Virus record (IMG/VR): IMGVR_UViG_3300030382_003857
Direction: 5' to 3' (one strand)
Source: an uncultured virus (IMG/VR IMGVR_UViG_3300030382_003857)
Lineage: Duplodnaviria; Heunggongvirae; Uroviricota; Caudoviricetes
Length of the DNA: 64,000 nucleotides
Numbering within the stretch: the first letter of the stretch is position 1; each line of letters begins with the position of its first letter. Positions 1-9,452 of this stretch are shown piece after piece. The position numbers and the translations under genes were made by a program. The notes beneath the pieces are model-generated. The model saw only the letters and a program-made list of their open reading frames with translations. It had not been told where the DNA came from and ran no database searches.

Positions 1-140
1 TTTAAAACCTGTCTTTCTAACTTATCAACTTTATCTTCGTGTACTGCTTGAATTGTAGAGAGTTCAAAGGTACGAGAAAGACTCCAGCCACCCAGGGCTA
101 TGAGCAATCCAACTAAGAGTGTCATTAATTTATCCGCCAT
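1..140 (-). CDS. Partial membrane-anchored coiled-coil protein, runs off the left edge
   Basis: Manual translation MADKLMTLLVGLLIALGGWSLSRTFELSTIQAVHEDKVDKLERQVL; GAGGAG SD upstream. Confidence 0.7.
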   Translation of the reverse strand, partial: MADKLMTLLVGLLIALGGWSLSRTFELSTIQAVHEDKVDKLERQVL

Positions 141-157
141 AAAATCTCCTCAAACTA

Positions 158-182
158 AAACCGCCCTAAAGAAGGGCGGTTA
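158..182 (-). terminator. Hairpin, probable intrinsic terminator
   Basis: aaaccgccct-aaaga-agggcggttt inverted repeat. Confidence 0.6.
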
Positions 183-196
183 TAAGTTATTATTTC

Positions 197-301
197 TTAC
201 ACTGCTACGATAATAAGTATCACAATAACTGCACCTATACCGATCGTTAATTTTTTATGATCAGACCACAAATGCTTTATTGTATCTTTAATAAAGTCCA
301 T
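197..301 (-). CDS. 34-aa single-transmembrane peptide
   Basis: Manual translation MDFIKDTIKHLWSDHKKLTIGIGAVIVILIIVAV; AAGGAG SD; below the ORF-track cutoff. Confidence 0.7.
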   Translation of the reverse strand: MDFIKDTIKHLWSDHKKLTIGIGAVIVILIIVAV

Positions 302-313
302 AATTATCTCCTT

Positions 314-652
314 TTATTGCCAGATAACTTGTACAGAAGTAGTCGCTCCAAGTCCACCACCAGTTTGAAATTCGATATACATTCCTGCATCGAATTTAAT
401 TCCAGTTGCAGCTATATACTCTTGGTATACTTCATTTGCGGCAGCTAAACCTCTAAATTGATATCTTAAAGTTCCAGTATTATCAGAACCGTCAAATATT
501 TTTATTGAACAATTAGCTGCTCCTGCATTGATTGTAACACCTTTAAGCATACAAATGTTACTGACTACAGTAGACCCACCGGTAAGCGTTCTTAAAGTAG
601 AACTACCTTCTGTGTAAAATTGTTTTACTGGCGTTGCCATTCCATTATACAT
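314..652 (-). CDS. Putative virion structural or decoration protein
   Basis: 112 aa, beta-rich, downstream of capsid gene. Confidence 0.55.
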   Translation of the reverse strand: MYNGMATPVKQFYTEGSSTLRTLTGGSTVVSNICMLKGVTINAGAANCSIKIFDGSDNTGTLRYQFRGLAAANEVYQEYIAATGIKFDAGMYIEFQTGGGLGATTSVQVIWQ

Positions 653-666
653 ATTTTCTCCTATTA

Positions 667-690
667 AAAGTGCTCCCGAAGGAGCACTTT
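667..690 (-). terminator. Intrinsic terminator-like hairpin
   Basis: aaagtgctcc-cgaa-ggagcacttt; UUCG loop on the minus strand. Confidence 0.7.
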
Positions 691-699
691 AATTATTCA

Positions 700-1164
700 T
701 TAGCTTAAGTTTCTATTTTGTAAATACAAAACAGTAGCTGTAGCTGCACCAGCTGAAGCCGCAGATCCAGTTTGATTATATGTAGCTGTGACAGTAACGT
801 CAGAAGTACCTATATCAACCAGGTTTCCAATTTGAGAAACATCGGAAGTTGCAAGAACTCTAGCTTGAGCTCCTGCTGCTAAAGCATCCGCATATTTATC
901 CGCAGTTGTTCCATCTCCAAAATCAATAGTGTTAGTAGTGCCTGCATTAAACGCAGTTGTAACATCTAAAGTAATTTGGAAAATTTGACTATTGGCTGGT
1001 ATTGTTGCAATTTCAGTTGTAGTGCCATTAGCTGCATAAACAATGTTAGCTGATTGTGACATCAATACAAAACCTGTGTTTGCCACATTTGTACCAACTG
1101 TTGTACCAGTCGTATTTTTAATCGTTCCCGCTTTTATTGGGCCCGAAAATGTAGTTGTTGCCAT
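700..1164 (-). CDS. Putative head decoration or structural protein
   Basis: 154 aa, T/A/G-rich, starts MATTTFSGP; follows capsid gene. Confidence 0.6.
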   Translation of the reverse strand: MATTTFSGPIKAGTIKNTTGTTVGTNVANTGFVLMSQSANIVYAANGTTTEIATIPANSQIFQITLDVTTAFNAGTTNTIDFGDGTTADKYADALAAGAQARVLATSDVSQIGNLVDIGTSDVTVTATYNQTGSAASAGAATATVLYLQNRNLS

Positions 1165-1261
1165 GATTATAATCCTCCTAAGTTATATGATGTAGTCTTT
1201 AGGCCGTCGACTATACTCGTCTACATCAATTTAATAATTGTATAGTGGTTATATTATACAT

Positions 1262-1290
1262 AAAAAAAGGGCGGCCATAAAGACCGCCCT
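1262..1290 (-). terminator. Intrinsic terminator after major capsid gene
   Basis: Minus strand agggcggtc-ttta-tggccgccct followed by a U run. Confidence 0.8.
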
Positions 1291-1316
1291 AATTAATAGA
1301 TTCCTACTTAATTTAA

Positions 1317-2225
1317 TTAAGCAGCACCTGGAGTTCCGAAGATTCCTCTAGGGTCAGACCAGCCGAAGCTGTATCTTTCTCTAGCTTTAAATCTTACGTT
1401 TCCAGTGTCGAAATCTCCTTCAATAGCTGTTTTGATCGGTGCTCTAACGAAATGTTTTAGTCCGTTAGGTGCATCTGTCATCAAGAACCACGCATCTGTG
1501 TCATTAAGGTAATGATTTACTCTATACCCCTCTGGCACCATGCCCATGCTATAGATTGCGTTGATGTCATTATCAGCTGTTCCGACTCTTTGAGGAGATC
1601 TCATAATTCTTTCAGCAGTAAATTGTAATTCTTTTGGAATTATCATCTTTCTGCCTTGAAGAGCTATTTTTAATCCTCTTTCGTCTACGAACGCTGCAAT
1701 GTCGATCAATGCTTGTTCAAGAGATGTTTCGTTCAAATCTGCCGCTGTAGCTAAGATATTAGACACAGTACCACCAGTTGCAAGTGGGTGATCGTTAGCG
1801 CATAAAAATGAGCCATCTCCCCCAGTGCCTGATGTGAAAGCGTTATTCAAGATTGTAGCACCTTTCACTTGTTTAGTGTGTGCCATAGATCTTGCTAAAG
1901 CTCTTGTGTATCTACCCGCTAATCTGTCATACAGATTGTCTTCAATAGCTTCCTCTGTGATAGCAAAAGCGAGAGCGATTGTCTCGTTAGTGTATCTAGA
2001 AGTGTAGACTTCTTGTGCTTGATCATAAGTAACCATTGCACCTTCAGCCTTAGTAGCTGCTCCAGCGAAGCCGGATAGCATTACTTCTTCTTCGAAAGCT
2101 CTGTCTGAAGTTTCTGATCTGAAGATTTCAGCAGATTCGTTGTCGTATCTGTTATATTCCAAGCCGAATAGTGCATTCAAACCTGGTTCTAGTTCTTTAA
2201 CTAGCTGTGCTCGTGATATTGCCAT
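1317..2225 (-). CDS. Major capsid protein
   Basis: 302 aa, MAISRAQLVKELEPGLNALFGLEY...FKARERYSFGWSDPRG; after scaffold; strong SD and terminator. Confidence 0.9.
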   Translation of the reverse strand: MAISRAQLVKELEPGLNALFGLEYNRYDNESAEIFRSETSDRAFEEEVMLSGFAGAATKAEGAMVTYDQAQEVYTSRYTNETIALAFAITEEAIEDNLYDRLAGRYTRALARSMAHTKQVKGATILNNAFTSGTGGDGSFLCANDHPLATGGTVSNILATAADLNETSLEQALIDIAAFVDERGLKIALQGRKMIIPKELQFTAERIMRSPQRVGTADNDINAIYSMGMVPEGYRVNHYLNDTDAWFLMTDAPNGLKHFVRAPIKTAIEGDFDTGNVRFKARERYSFGWSDPRGIFGTPGAA

Positions 2226-2246
2226 GTTTTATTCTCCTATTCTAGC

Positions 2247-2822
2247 CTATACACCCGTACCTGTACGGTAAAAGTGATTGTTGATTCTAACTAGTACATC
2301 CGCATTTGCTGCAGAGACATCAGAGTTGTCAGGATCTTGCGATATATCAATGGCTCTCACCATGTATGTCGTATGAGTTCCTGAAACAGAAACGTCTAAT
2401 TGCATTTTGGATAGACCAGTCGTTGTGTTCCCTGTAACCGCAGTTAGAGAGAAGTTTTTAAAGATATCAGCGACTGCAAAAGTTGCGTCAGCATCTACTT
2501 TGCAAACTATATCTGGATCATCAATAACAAACGCTGTTATATCGCTTGCTACGATCGAACCTGGATAATAATTTTTCCAAGTAGCTTTCTGAGTCGTTGG
2601 ATCTGTATAGAAGCATCCATTAAAAACTCCCAAAACTGGGTTTGAAGTATTACCAACGTGTCGGATAATTGTTCCTGTCGTTGCTGGTCTTACTAAGTCA
2701 CCGTTAAATATAGCTGATGCGTAATTTGAAGCAATTCTATATTTGTTTTGAGCATTAATAAATGGACTACCGTCTATTTTACGTACAGGTTTTAGCCCGT
2801 ACTTTTCACTGACATTAGCCAT
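2247..2822 (-). CDS. Minor capsid or cement-like protein
   Basis: 191 aa immediately upstream of the capsid gene. Confidence 0.6.
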   Translation of the reverse strand: MANVSEKYGLKPVRKIDGSPFINAQNKYRIASNYASAIFNGDLVRPATTGTIIRHVGNTSNPVLGVFNGCFYTDPTTQKATWKNYYPGSIVASDITAFVIDDPDIVCKVDADATFAVADIFKNFSLTAVTGNTTTGLSKMQLDVSVSGTHTTYMVRAIDISQDPDNSDVSAANADVLVRINNHFYRTGTGV

Positions 2823-2874
2823 ATGTTTTTCTCCTTAGTTTAAACAAATAAAGTGATTGACTATTTCCAAAAAA

Positions 2875-3351
2875 TTATTCTGGTTTTCGTCCGCCACCAA
2901 AAGTTACCCGTGACTGTCTATCAATATTGATAGGCATCCCCGGTTGTTGCTCCTTCATAAGACTGTTATCAACGGCCGTAATTTGGTCTGCAGATATCTT
3001 TTTAAAATATTCTGCGCGTTGTTTTACTATCTCTTCTGGTATCCTTGCCAACACAAGGCCACTAACCCCAATCAAACCAGCGTATTTTCCTTCTGCAATT
3101 TTGGGAAATTCATTATCCCCGATTTCATTTTGCAATGTATCGGCTCTAAGGAATTCCCATCCTTCTCTTAGTTTTTTGGAAACATTAGCTGAATCCATAA
3201 AACCTTGACTCTCGACTCTAATCCATCTTTGACAAAAGCCGGTAGGCGCTGGTGGCGCATCGAGACTAGATGGTGGCGCCCAAGGTTGATTACGTTTATC
3301 TTTCGATCTCTCTTGTGACGCGCGTGAAGTTTTCTTTTCTTCTTTTCTCAT
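2875..3351 (-). CDS. Head-module hypothetical protein
   Basis: 158 aa, WAPPSSLDAPPAP...RWIR; between scaffold and capsid genes. Confidence 0.6.
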   Translation of the reverse strand: MRKEEKKTSRASQERSKDKRNQPWAPPSSLDAPPAPTGFCQRWIRVESQGFMDSANVSKKLREGWEFLRADTLQNEIGDNEFPKIAEGKYAGLIGVSGLVLARIPEEIVKQRAEYFKKISADQITAVDNSLMKEQQPGMPINIDRQSRVTFGGGRKPE

Positions 3352-4365
3352 TTATACATCCTCCTTCACGAATTTTGCGTATTCTTCTAGTGGCACCCCT
3401 AATTTTTTAGCAATAGCCACCTGTGACTTGGTGAGTTTCACGGTTCTGCGTCCTGACTGTTTTCTACCAGCTGAAGCTACAGTTTGGACGGGTCTCTTAG
3501 CTTCTCCTTTGTCGGTAGAATCAGATCCAAAGCGTTGAGGAAAGTATTCCTGCATCTTTGTATCAATACTATTATAGTATGTGTCGCTCTCCACATCAAT
3601 ACCACGTGCTACAAGGTCTTCGTGAATATTCCACGCAGCACCGGTCATGACTCGGTCATTGCCGAACCATTCATTTTTTTGAGCCCAAGCCTTAGCTTTT
3701 TCACTGATTTCAGGCATTGTTTCCGGAGCCCTTGCAGGTTCTTTTGTTTCTTTTTGCTTGATTTCAGCTTTAGTGTTTTTCTCACGCTCAGCAAGTTTGA
3801 TTCTTGCTTTCTCTTTTTCAACGGCAAGTTTTGTAAGTTCATCATTTGCTTCCATAATTTTGTCAGCATTTTGATCTTCAATGGCACCCCGTAATTTATT
3901 TTTTACTTGTTCACGTTGTGCATCAACTCTTGCGTCAAATTCTTTGATATATTTCTCATCAGCATCATCAAATTTAGCCATTGAATTATCAAATTTAGAT
4001 TGTAATCCTTTGGCATATTCTGTAGCTGCTTTTTCTCTTCGTTCAGCTTCGCGTGCTCGATAAGTTAATTTATCAATTCTTTTTTGAACATTATCTGTGA
4101 TCTTGCTCAAATCGTCTTTAGGTTGTGTTACAGGCTGAGGTTCTTCTATTTTTTCTTCTTTTTCCTCAACAACGATCTTTGCTTTTTCTTCTTTTTTCTC
4201 TACGTGATCGGTATAACCTAAATCCACTTCTCCAACATTTAAATTTGGAGCAGGTTCTTTTGTCTCCTTTGGTTCTTTGACCTCGACGTTTTCTGCTTTA
4301 ACATCGTCGGTGTCTAACTCAACCTCGGGAGTCTTTTTTGTTTCTTCGGCTTGTGTATCGGCCAT
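3352..4365 (-). CDS. Capsid scaffolding protein
   Basis: Acidic coiled coil; C-terminal IAKKLGVPLEEYAK helix; position. Confidence 0.75.
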   Translation of the reverse strand: MADTQAEETKKTPEVELDTDDVKAENVEVKEPKETKEPAPNLNVGEVDLGYTDHVEKKEEKAKIVVEEKEEKIEEPQPVTQPKDDLSKITDNVQKRIDKLTYRAREAERREKAATEYAKGLQSKFDNSMAKFDDADEKYIKEFDARVDAQREQVKNKLRGAIEDQNADKIMEANDELTKLAVEKEKARIKLAEREKNTKAEIKQKETKEPARAPETMPEISEKAKAWAQKNEWFGNDRVMTGAAWNIHEDLVARGIDVESDTYYNSIDTKMQEYFPQRFGSDSTDKGEAKRPVQTVASAGRKQSGRRTVKLTKSQVAIAKKLGVPLEEYAKFVKEDV

Positions 4366-4377
4366 ATTATTCTCCTT

Positions 4378-4833
4378 TTAAAATAAGTGGAGAATGTTTT
4401 CTGGCTTTTTGATTGTACCTATTATTTCGTCGTCATTAAGGATACGGTGTTCACCGTATTTAGTTTGAAATCGTGAACCGGCATAACGTCCATAAATAAT
4501 GAACTGTCCTTTTTTACACCAAGGGCCATCAGGAAATTTAATCTTATCTTTATAACAATCTGGCCCCATCTTAACAACTAAACCAACGACAGTAGTCATT
4601 TGCATTGTTTCTCGCGTTGTATCTGCGAGTATAACTCCACCTTTAGTTTTTTTGCTAGGTTGATATGGTCGAATTAACATTCGCCAACCAACAGGTTCTG
4701 GTATGATTTCAAGATATTCTTTAATGCCTTCGGGATCTCTTGGTATTTGATTACCTTCTGAGTCGTCATCTTTTTTGGGTGTATCCAAATTGATGAGCTT
4801 TTGTTTAGGTTTTATCAATGTTGCCATCGTCAT
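4378..4833 (-). CDS. groES: Co-chaperonin GroES (Cpn10)-like protein
   Basis: PVGWRMLI, KTKGGVIL mobile loop, YAGS, ILNDDEIIG. Confidence 0.85.
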   Translation of the reverse strand: MTMATLIKPKQKLINLDTPKKDDDSEGNQIPRDPEGIKEYLEIIPEPVGWRMLIRPYQPSKKTKGGVILADTTRETMQMTTVVGLVVKMGPDCYKDKIKFPDGPWCKKGQFIIYGRYAGSRFQTKYGEHRILNDDEIIGTIKKPENILHLF

Positions 4834-5020
4834 TCTCCGGTTGCAGGTTTTTTATATCCTGAAGCAGTGCTTCATAAGCACTGAGTTGTCCTCTACTATA
4901 CTGTAATTTTTCAATAGTGTCTACACTATAGCAAATGTGAGATTTAACGGCTGTTATTTCTTTATTAACATGCGCTCTTATGCTTTGAATTGTATAAGGA
5001 TCTAAATCAGTTAGTGCCAT
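4805..5020 (-). CDS. Hypothetical head-module protein
   Basis: 71 aa, helical, overlaps both neighbours. Confidence 0.6.
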   Translation of the reverse strand: MALTDLDPYTIQSIRAHVNKEITAVKSHICYSVDTIEKLQYSRGQLSAYEALLQDIKNLQPENDDGNIDKT

Positions 5021-5600
5021 TTTGTTTTTGTAGAACTATTTTATTTTCGCCTTTATCTAAAATTACAAAGTTATAATAAGTCTTTAATATAAATCCTATT
5101 AATTTCATATTATAAGTTTTATAGTCATCAAAAACAAATACACAATTTTCTTTAGCTCGTAAACTAAAAAATAAGGCTTCTTTTAGTACATCTTCTGTCG
5201 TATGAGGGCCGTCAAAATGAACTAAATCATACCCTTTCATAAGAATTTTACGTTCTCGATAGATAGGGACTCCATCACTAAAGCGTTTAAAAAACTCATC
5301 ATCTTCAAGTTGGAAAAGAGTAAAATTAGGAGAATCTAAATCTTTAACCAATTGAGATTTCATATTATTTGTATAATCGGCTTGGTAAGGTTTTTTGTTA
5401 TCATAGTGCTGATAATTTAAATTACCGTAAGGATCAATTCCAATATGCCAATGAGTCTTCTTTCTAAAAGATTCTAAAATAATTTTAGAACCTAATCCTT
5501 CACGCACACCAATTTCACAAGTAAAAAGATTGTCTGTTTTAATATAAGAACAAGCTTTAACTAATAAATCGTATTCTGAACTATCCCCTTGAATAGTCAC
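5007..5600 (-). CDS. Class I SAM-dependent methyltransferase
   Basis: CEIGVREG motif I, IGIDPY, DLVHFDGPH, VFDD. Confidence 0.8.
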   Translation of the reverse strand: MTIQGDSSEYDLLVKACSYIKTDNLFTCEIGVREGLGSKIILESFRKKTHWHIGIDPYGNLNYQHYDNKKPYQADYTNNMKSQLVKDLDSPNFTLFQLEDDEFFKRFSDGVPIYRERKILMKGYDLVHFDGPHTTEDVLKEALFFSLRAKENCVFVFDDYKTYNMKLIGFILKTYYNFVILDKGENKIVLQKQNGTN

Positions 5601-6007
5601 GGTCTGGGAGTTTTAGACTGTGATGATTTACCGTTCCTGAAGATTTGAGTTCCCTTAATTCCGAAAATACTTGCTACGACCAAAATCCAGAGATTAGTGA
5701 ACCATGACGGCAACGACTGAAAATACTCAAAAAAGAGTTTTACTTTTTCCATAGCTGCCGGATCGTCGGACATCACTGCCCACATTAACACAATGATTGG
5801 CGCCGAAATTATCACGAGGACGAATTCGTCCTTGTAGTCTGATTGACGGGCTTCTAAAAGTTTGCCCTGGTAAGATTCCTCACCTCGAGCTTGTCGCTCG
5901 GCATGTAATAACTGTGCATCAGACATAGCTACTTTTGCTCTTTGTCTATTCGAATATATTTTAGCTCCTGCTTGAAGAGCCATTTTTGCTAAACCAAACC
6001 AAGCCAT
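5597..6007 (-). CDS. Holin-like membrane protein
   Basis: Two hydrophobic helices after KDE, N-terminal amphipathic helix, basic tail. Confidence 0.6.
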   Translation of the reverse strand: MAWFGLAKMALQAGAKIYSNRQRAKVAMSDAQLLHAERQARGEESYQGKLLEARQSDYKDEFVLVIISAPIIVLMWAVMSDDPAAMEKVKLFFEYFQSLPSWFTNLWILVVASIFGIKGTQIFRNGKSSQSKTPRP

Positions 6008-6016
6008 TATTTACTC

Positions 6017-6079
6017 CTATTTCTTTTTTTTCTTTTTAGCTTTTTTCTTTTTTTTCTTAACTTTTTTCTTTTTAGCCAT
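6017..6079 (-). CDS. 20-aa poly-lysine peptide
   Basis: MAKKKKVKKKKKKAKKKKKK; AAGGAGG SD; TAATG coupling to the upstream gene. Confidence 0.7.
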   Translation of the reverse strand: MAKKKKVKKKKKKAKKKKKK

Positions 6080-6303
6080 TATGCCTCCTTAAATTTAGTC
6101 CCTTTAATAGCACATCCTCCGCCTCGACTCAACTTAATTGGAGGTACTTGTGGGTTGGGGCCTTTCTTGGGAGGAGGGCCAAATCTAACCCCTCCTGAAC
6201 TCGCTTTAACGGGTTTACTGCCGTAGGCATCTGTCCATTCTCGAGCAATTTTAGGTTCGTTTGCCCACATCCATTTTCTTTGTTTTTCTGATTGAAATGG
6301 CAT
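6079..6303 (-). CDS. Small basic virion-module protein with GG motifs
   Basis: MPFQSEKQRKWMWANEP; KASSGG and KLSRGG. Confidence 0.7.
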   Translation of the reverse strand: MPFQSEKQRKWMWANEPKIAREWTDAYGSKPVKASSGGVRFGPPPKKGPNPQVPPIKLSRGGGCAIKGTKFKEA

Positions 6304-6464
6304 TTTAATTACAATTATTTTTATCTAAATCTATTGGTTTATCCTTATAGAACCATACATAAGAGGATAACTTTGTTCCATCTTGTGTATAAGTACATTT
6401 TTTGCCTACCGAGCAGGCGCTCAAGGCGAATAACAAGGCTAATACTAAATAAAACTTATTCATA

Positions 6465-8855
6465 TTATTTCTCCTTTTTTGTCCGTTTATTTTCGGCTGA
6501 CTTTTTCATTCGTTCAACCTGTAATTTTGCCTCAGCTAAATCTCTTGTTTGATCTAATTTATCTTCGGCAATTCTAATCCTTTCAGCTGCTTGATCTTCA
6601 GCGCTTTCTAATTTCATTTTTTCAACATCAAGCTGTTCATCAAAATGTTCATCTCTAATTGAAAAGTCTTGTTGGGACTCTTGTGCTTTACGCTGAATAT
6701 CGACTGCTTTCAAATCTAATTCTCTTTGTTTTAATTGCACTAACGGATCCATTTTTTGATTACCTGCTTCTTCTTGAGCTAATCGAGTTGTAATTTGAGC
6801 AATACGTGCTGCAATCATAGCATCTACTCTAATTTTTGCTGCTTCGGGATCTGCTTCTAACATTTGTTGTAATTCAGGATTGTTTTGAATCTCAGCTCCA
6901 ACTTCACCTTGGGCTAATAAACTAACATGTTGAGAGACATGTCCTTGTAATAAGGCATAGACCATTGGATTAATTTGAACCATTCGGGTTCCTATATAAG
7001 CTCTATGAGCTTGAATATGTGCTTCATGATCTTGTTCTGGAAAAGCCACTGCAATTTTCATTTGTAATGATTCAGCATTTTCGATTGCTGGATCTTTTGG
7101 CATTGGTTTTTCTTCAGGTTTTAAAATATTATCAATTTCTTTAGTACCTAGAGCTTCATAAACTCTTCGATATGCTTCTCTCAAATTATGTAATTGAGGA
7201 TTAGACATTGCAATTTTTAAATTTTCATTTGCGAGTGTAACTCTTTGACTTAAACTGTAGATATTTGGATCTGCTACTGGAATAACATCTACTTGATCAT
7301 CAAAATCTTTTTCTTTGACCATACGATCTGCTCCATAAGTAGAATATGGATACACAGGTGGTAAATAGGTTTGAAAAACTTTAGCTAAGAGTCTAAATTC
7401 AACTCTCATTGCATAGTAACAACGCTTGTGAATAGCTGTCATGACTCTAGAACCACGTTCCAATAATGCCATTGTGCTACCAACATTACGATTTTGAGTG
7501 TCATTTCCGGTAGCCATATCGGTAATAGCAGCAAATCTTTGTCCCGCAGCTACTACAAAACCTAAAAGTTGGAATAATGTTGCAGAGGGTTCTTTAAAAG
7601 GCAACATTTGGAACTGATCTTTGATATTTCCTCCTGGAGCATCAACATCTCTAAATTCTCCTGGTTGAAAAGGCTGTTCATCGTCTCTAATTCGAATTCC
7701 TCGTGATTTAAAACCAGCAGGAAGATTTGAAAGTGTTCCAGCATCTAATAATTGTCTTAAAGCTTGAGTTGCTGTCTTAGAAAGACCTCCAATCGTGTGA
7801 ATTAAGCCTAATCCGTAAAATCCTAGTCCTGGTAAAAATTTATAATGAACAAAATACTCAATTCTTTTAAAAAATTCATCGTCTGGTAAGTAATTACGAT
7901 AAATTGACAAAATTTGGCCTGATCCTTCATCAACAGTTACAATATATGGGATTTTAACTTCTTTTTTAGAGTCTTTATTTTCAAATTCTTCTAAATTCAA
8001 ATCAACATGCATTTCTAAAATGTTATAATTGTCCGAACGATCAGCTGAAGGAGTAATTCCTTCTAATTCTTGGTATTTTTTTTCAATTCTATTGTCTTCA
8101 GGAGTAACCGGCTTTAGTTCAATGTCTCTATAAAAACCAGCTTTCTGTTTTTTTAAAATATCATTCTCACTCATTTTTAAAACATGAGTAATTCTTTCAC
8201 ATTCTAGTAAATCAGTTGTGTAATAAGGAACCACTAAATCTTCAGCGGGAATAAATTTAGCTACTGCTCTTTGTTGAAGTTCATCATAGTAAATTTTTTT
8301 AAATGCCGATCCTGCTAAAGGTAAATAAAATAATAATTGATCCATGTCCGGAGTATATTCTTCCATTTTCTCCGTGATCATATAATTCATAAAAGCTTGC
8401 ACCCGTTCTGCTTGATTAGTTTTCGCGTCGGTTTCATCTCCAACTACTTTACATTTTACAGGCCCATCAGGCGGTAATAATTCTTTATATGCTTGTGCTT
8501 GAAATTGTGTAACTGCTTCTGCTAATAAAGGGTGAGTTACATTAGCTGACCCTTTGAATGGTCTTGTTAATACGGTTTGTTTAAGTCCTAAAAGATCTAA
8601 GCCTATAGTATATCCCTGCTCCCAATCTTTTCTGGTAATTTTATCTTTTTTAAATTCTGTAACTAATGTTGAGGACAAACGTTGTAAAACACGTTCATCT
8701 AAATTCTCTGCAATGTTTTCGTAAAAGTCTACTGCTTGTTGTGGAGCTTCTTCAACAGGCTCCTCACTAGCTTTTTCCACTTCAACAGCAACTTCTTCTT
8801 CTGTCGTAGGGCCTTTTTCTTCCACGATTTCAGTTTGTCTCTCAACATCAGCCAT
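6465..8855 (-). CDS. Portal protein
   Basis: 796 aa with long coiled-coil C-terminus; HPLLAEAVTQFQA, GSAFKKIYYD; between terL and scaffold. Confidence 0.85.
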   Translation of the reverse strand: MADVERQTEIVEEKGPTTEEEVAVEVEKASEEPVEEAPQQAVDFYENIAENLDERVLQRLSSTLVTEFKKDKITRKDWEQGYTIGLDLLGLKQTVLTRPFKGSANVTHPLLAEAVTQFQAQAYKELLPPDGPVKCKVVGDETDAKTNQAERVQAFMNYMITEKMEEYTPDMDQLLFYLPLAGSAFKKIYYDELQQRAVAKFIPAEDLVVPYYTTDLLECERITHVLKMSENDILKKQKAGFYRDIELKPVTPEDNRIEKKYQELEGITPSADRSDNYNILEMHVDLNLEEFENKDSKKEVKIPYIVTVDEGSGQILSIYRNYLPDDEFFKRIEYFVHYKFLPGLGFYGLGLIHTIGGLSKTATQALRQLLDAGTLSNLPAGFKSRGIRIRDDEQPFQPGEFRDVDAPGGNIKDQFQMLPFKEPSATLFQLLGFVVAAGQRFAAITDMATGNDTQNRNVGSTMALLERGSRVMTAIHKRCYYAMRVEFRLLAKVFQTYLPPVYPYSTYGADRMVKEKDFDDQVDVIPVADPNIYSLSQRVTLANENLKIAMSNPQLHNLREAYRRVYEALGTKEIDNILKPEEKPMPKDPAIENAESLQMKIAVAFPEQDHEAHIQAHRAYIGTRMVQINPMVYALLQGHVSQHVSLLAQGEVGAEIQNNPELQQMLEADPEAAKIRVDAMIAARIAQITTRLAQEEAGNQKMDPLVQLKQRELDLKAVDIQRKAQESQQDFSIRDEHFDEQLDVEKMKLESAEDQAAERIRIAEDKLDQTRDLAEAKLQVERMKKSAENKRTKKEK

Positions 8856-8876
8856 GTTATTTTTTCTATTTCTAAA

Positions 8877-9413
8877 TTAGTAGGTTTCAGTACGCAAAGT
8901 GCCGTTTAATTTAGTTTTAATAAATGCACCACCGGAAGCTTTCTTAACATCTTTTTTCTTCCAGTCTTTGCTTCTTTTACCCCAATCTCCATAAGATTCA
9001 TCTCTTGCAACTTTTTTATCATGCTTGGTTTTTTTCTTACCAAGTCTCATTCCAATAGATTCATCTTCGTGAGCGTAGATACCTTGTTTAGCTTTGATAG
9101 ATCCACCCTTGTTCCAAAATTTGTACCAAGGCTCCTTCTTTTTCCAAACATCAGCACCTTCTTGAGATACTCCTCCTTGCTTAGCGATTTTACTTAAGCC
9201 TTTGTCCCATTTTGCAATATTTTCTGCAACTTTAGTTCCAGAAGGAAAAGTAATTTTTTCTCCAGGTTTGCTAGGAATTTTCCAACCAGTATATCTCTTT
9301 AACTTGGATGTTTTCCCTGCTGCACCTGCGCCTAACATTTTAGAAGCACCGTAAGCCACACCTGCAATAGCTGCCGCTTTACCAACTTTTTTTAATGTTT
9401 TTCTTAGACTCAT
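8877..9413 (-). CDS. Basic putative internal virion protein with GG motifs
   Basis: Lys-rich; WNKGGSI and KASGGAFI. Confidence 0.6.
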   Translation of the reverse strand: MSLRKTLKKVGKAAAIAGVAYGASKMLGAGAAGKTSKLKRYTGWKIPSKPGEKITFPSGTKVAENIAKWDKGLSKIAKQGGVSQEGADVWKKKEPWYKFWNKGGSIKAKQGIYAHEDESIGMRLGKKKTKHDKKVARDESYGDWGKRSKDWKKKDVKKASGGAFIKTKLNGTLRTETY

Positions 9414-9452
9414 GTTTTTCTCCTTATATATAAGTTCTTTCGAAGCCCTATC

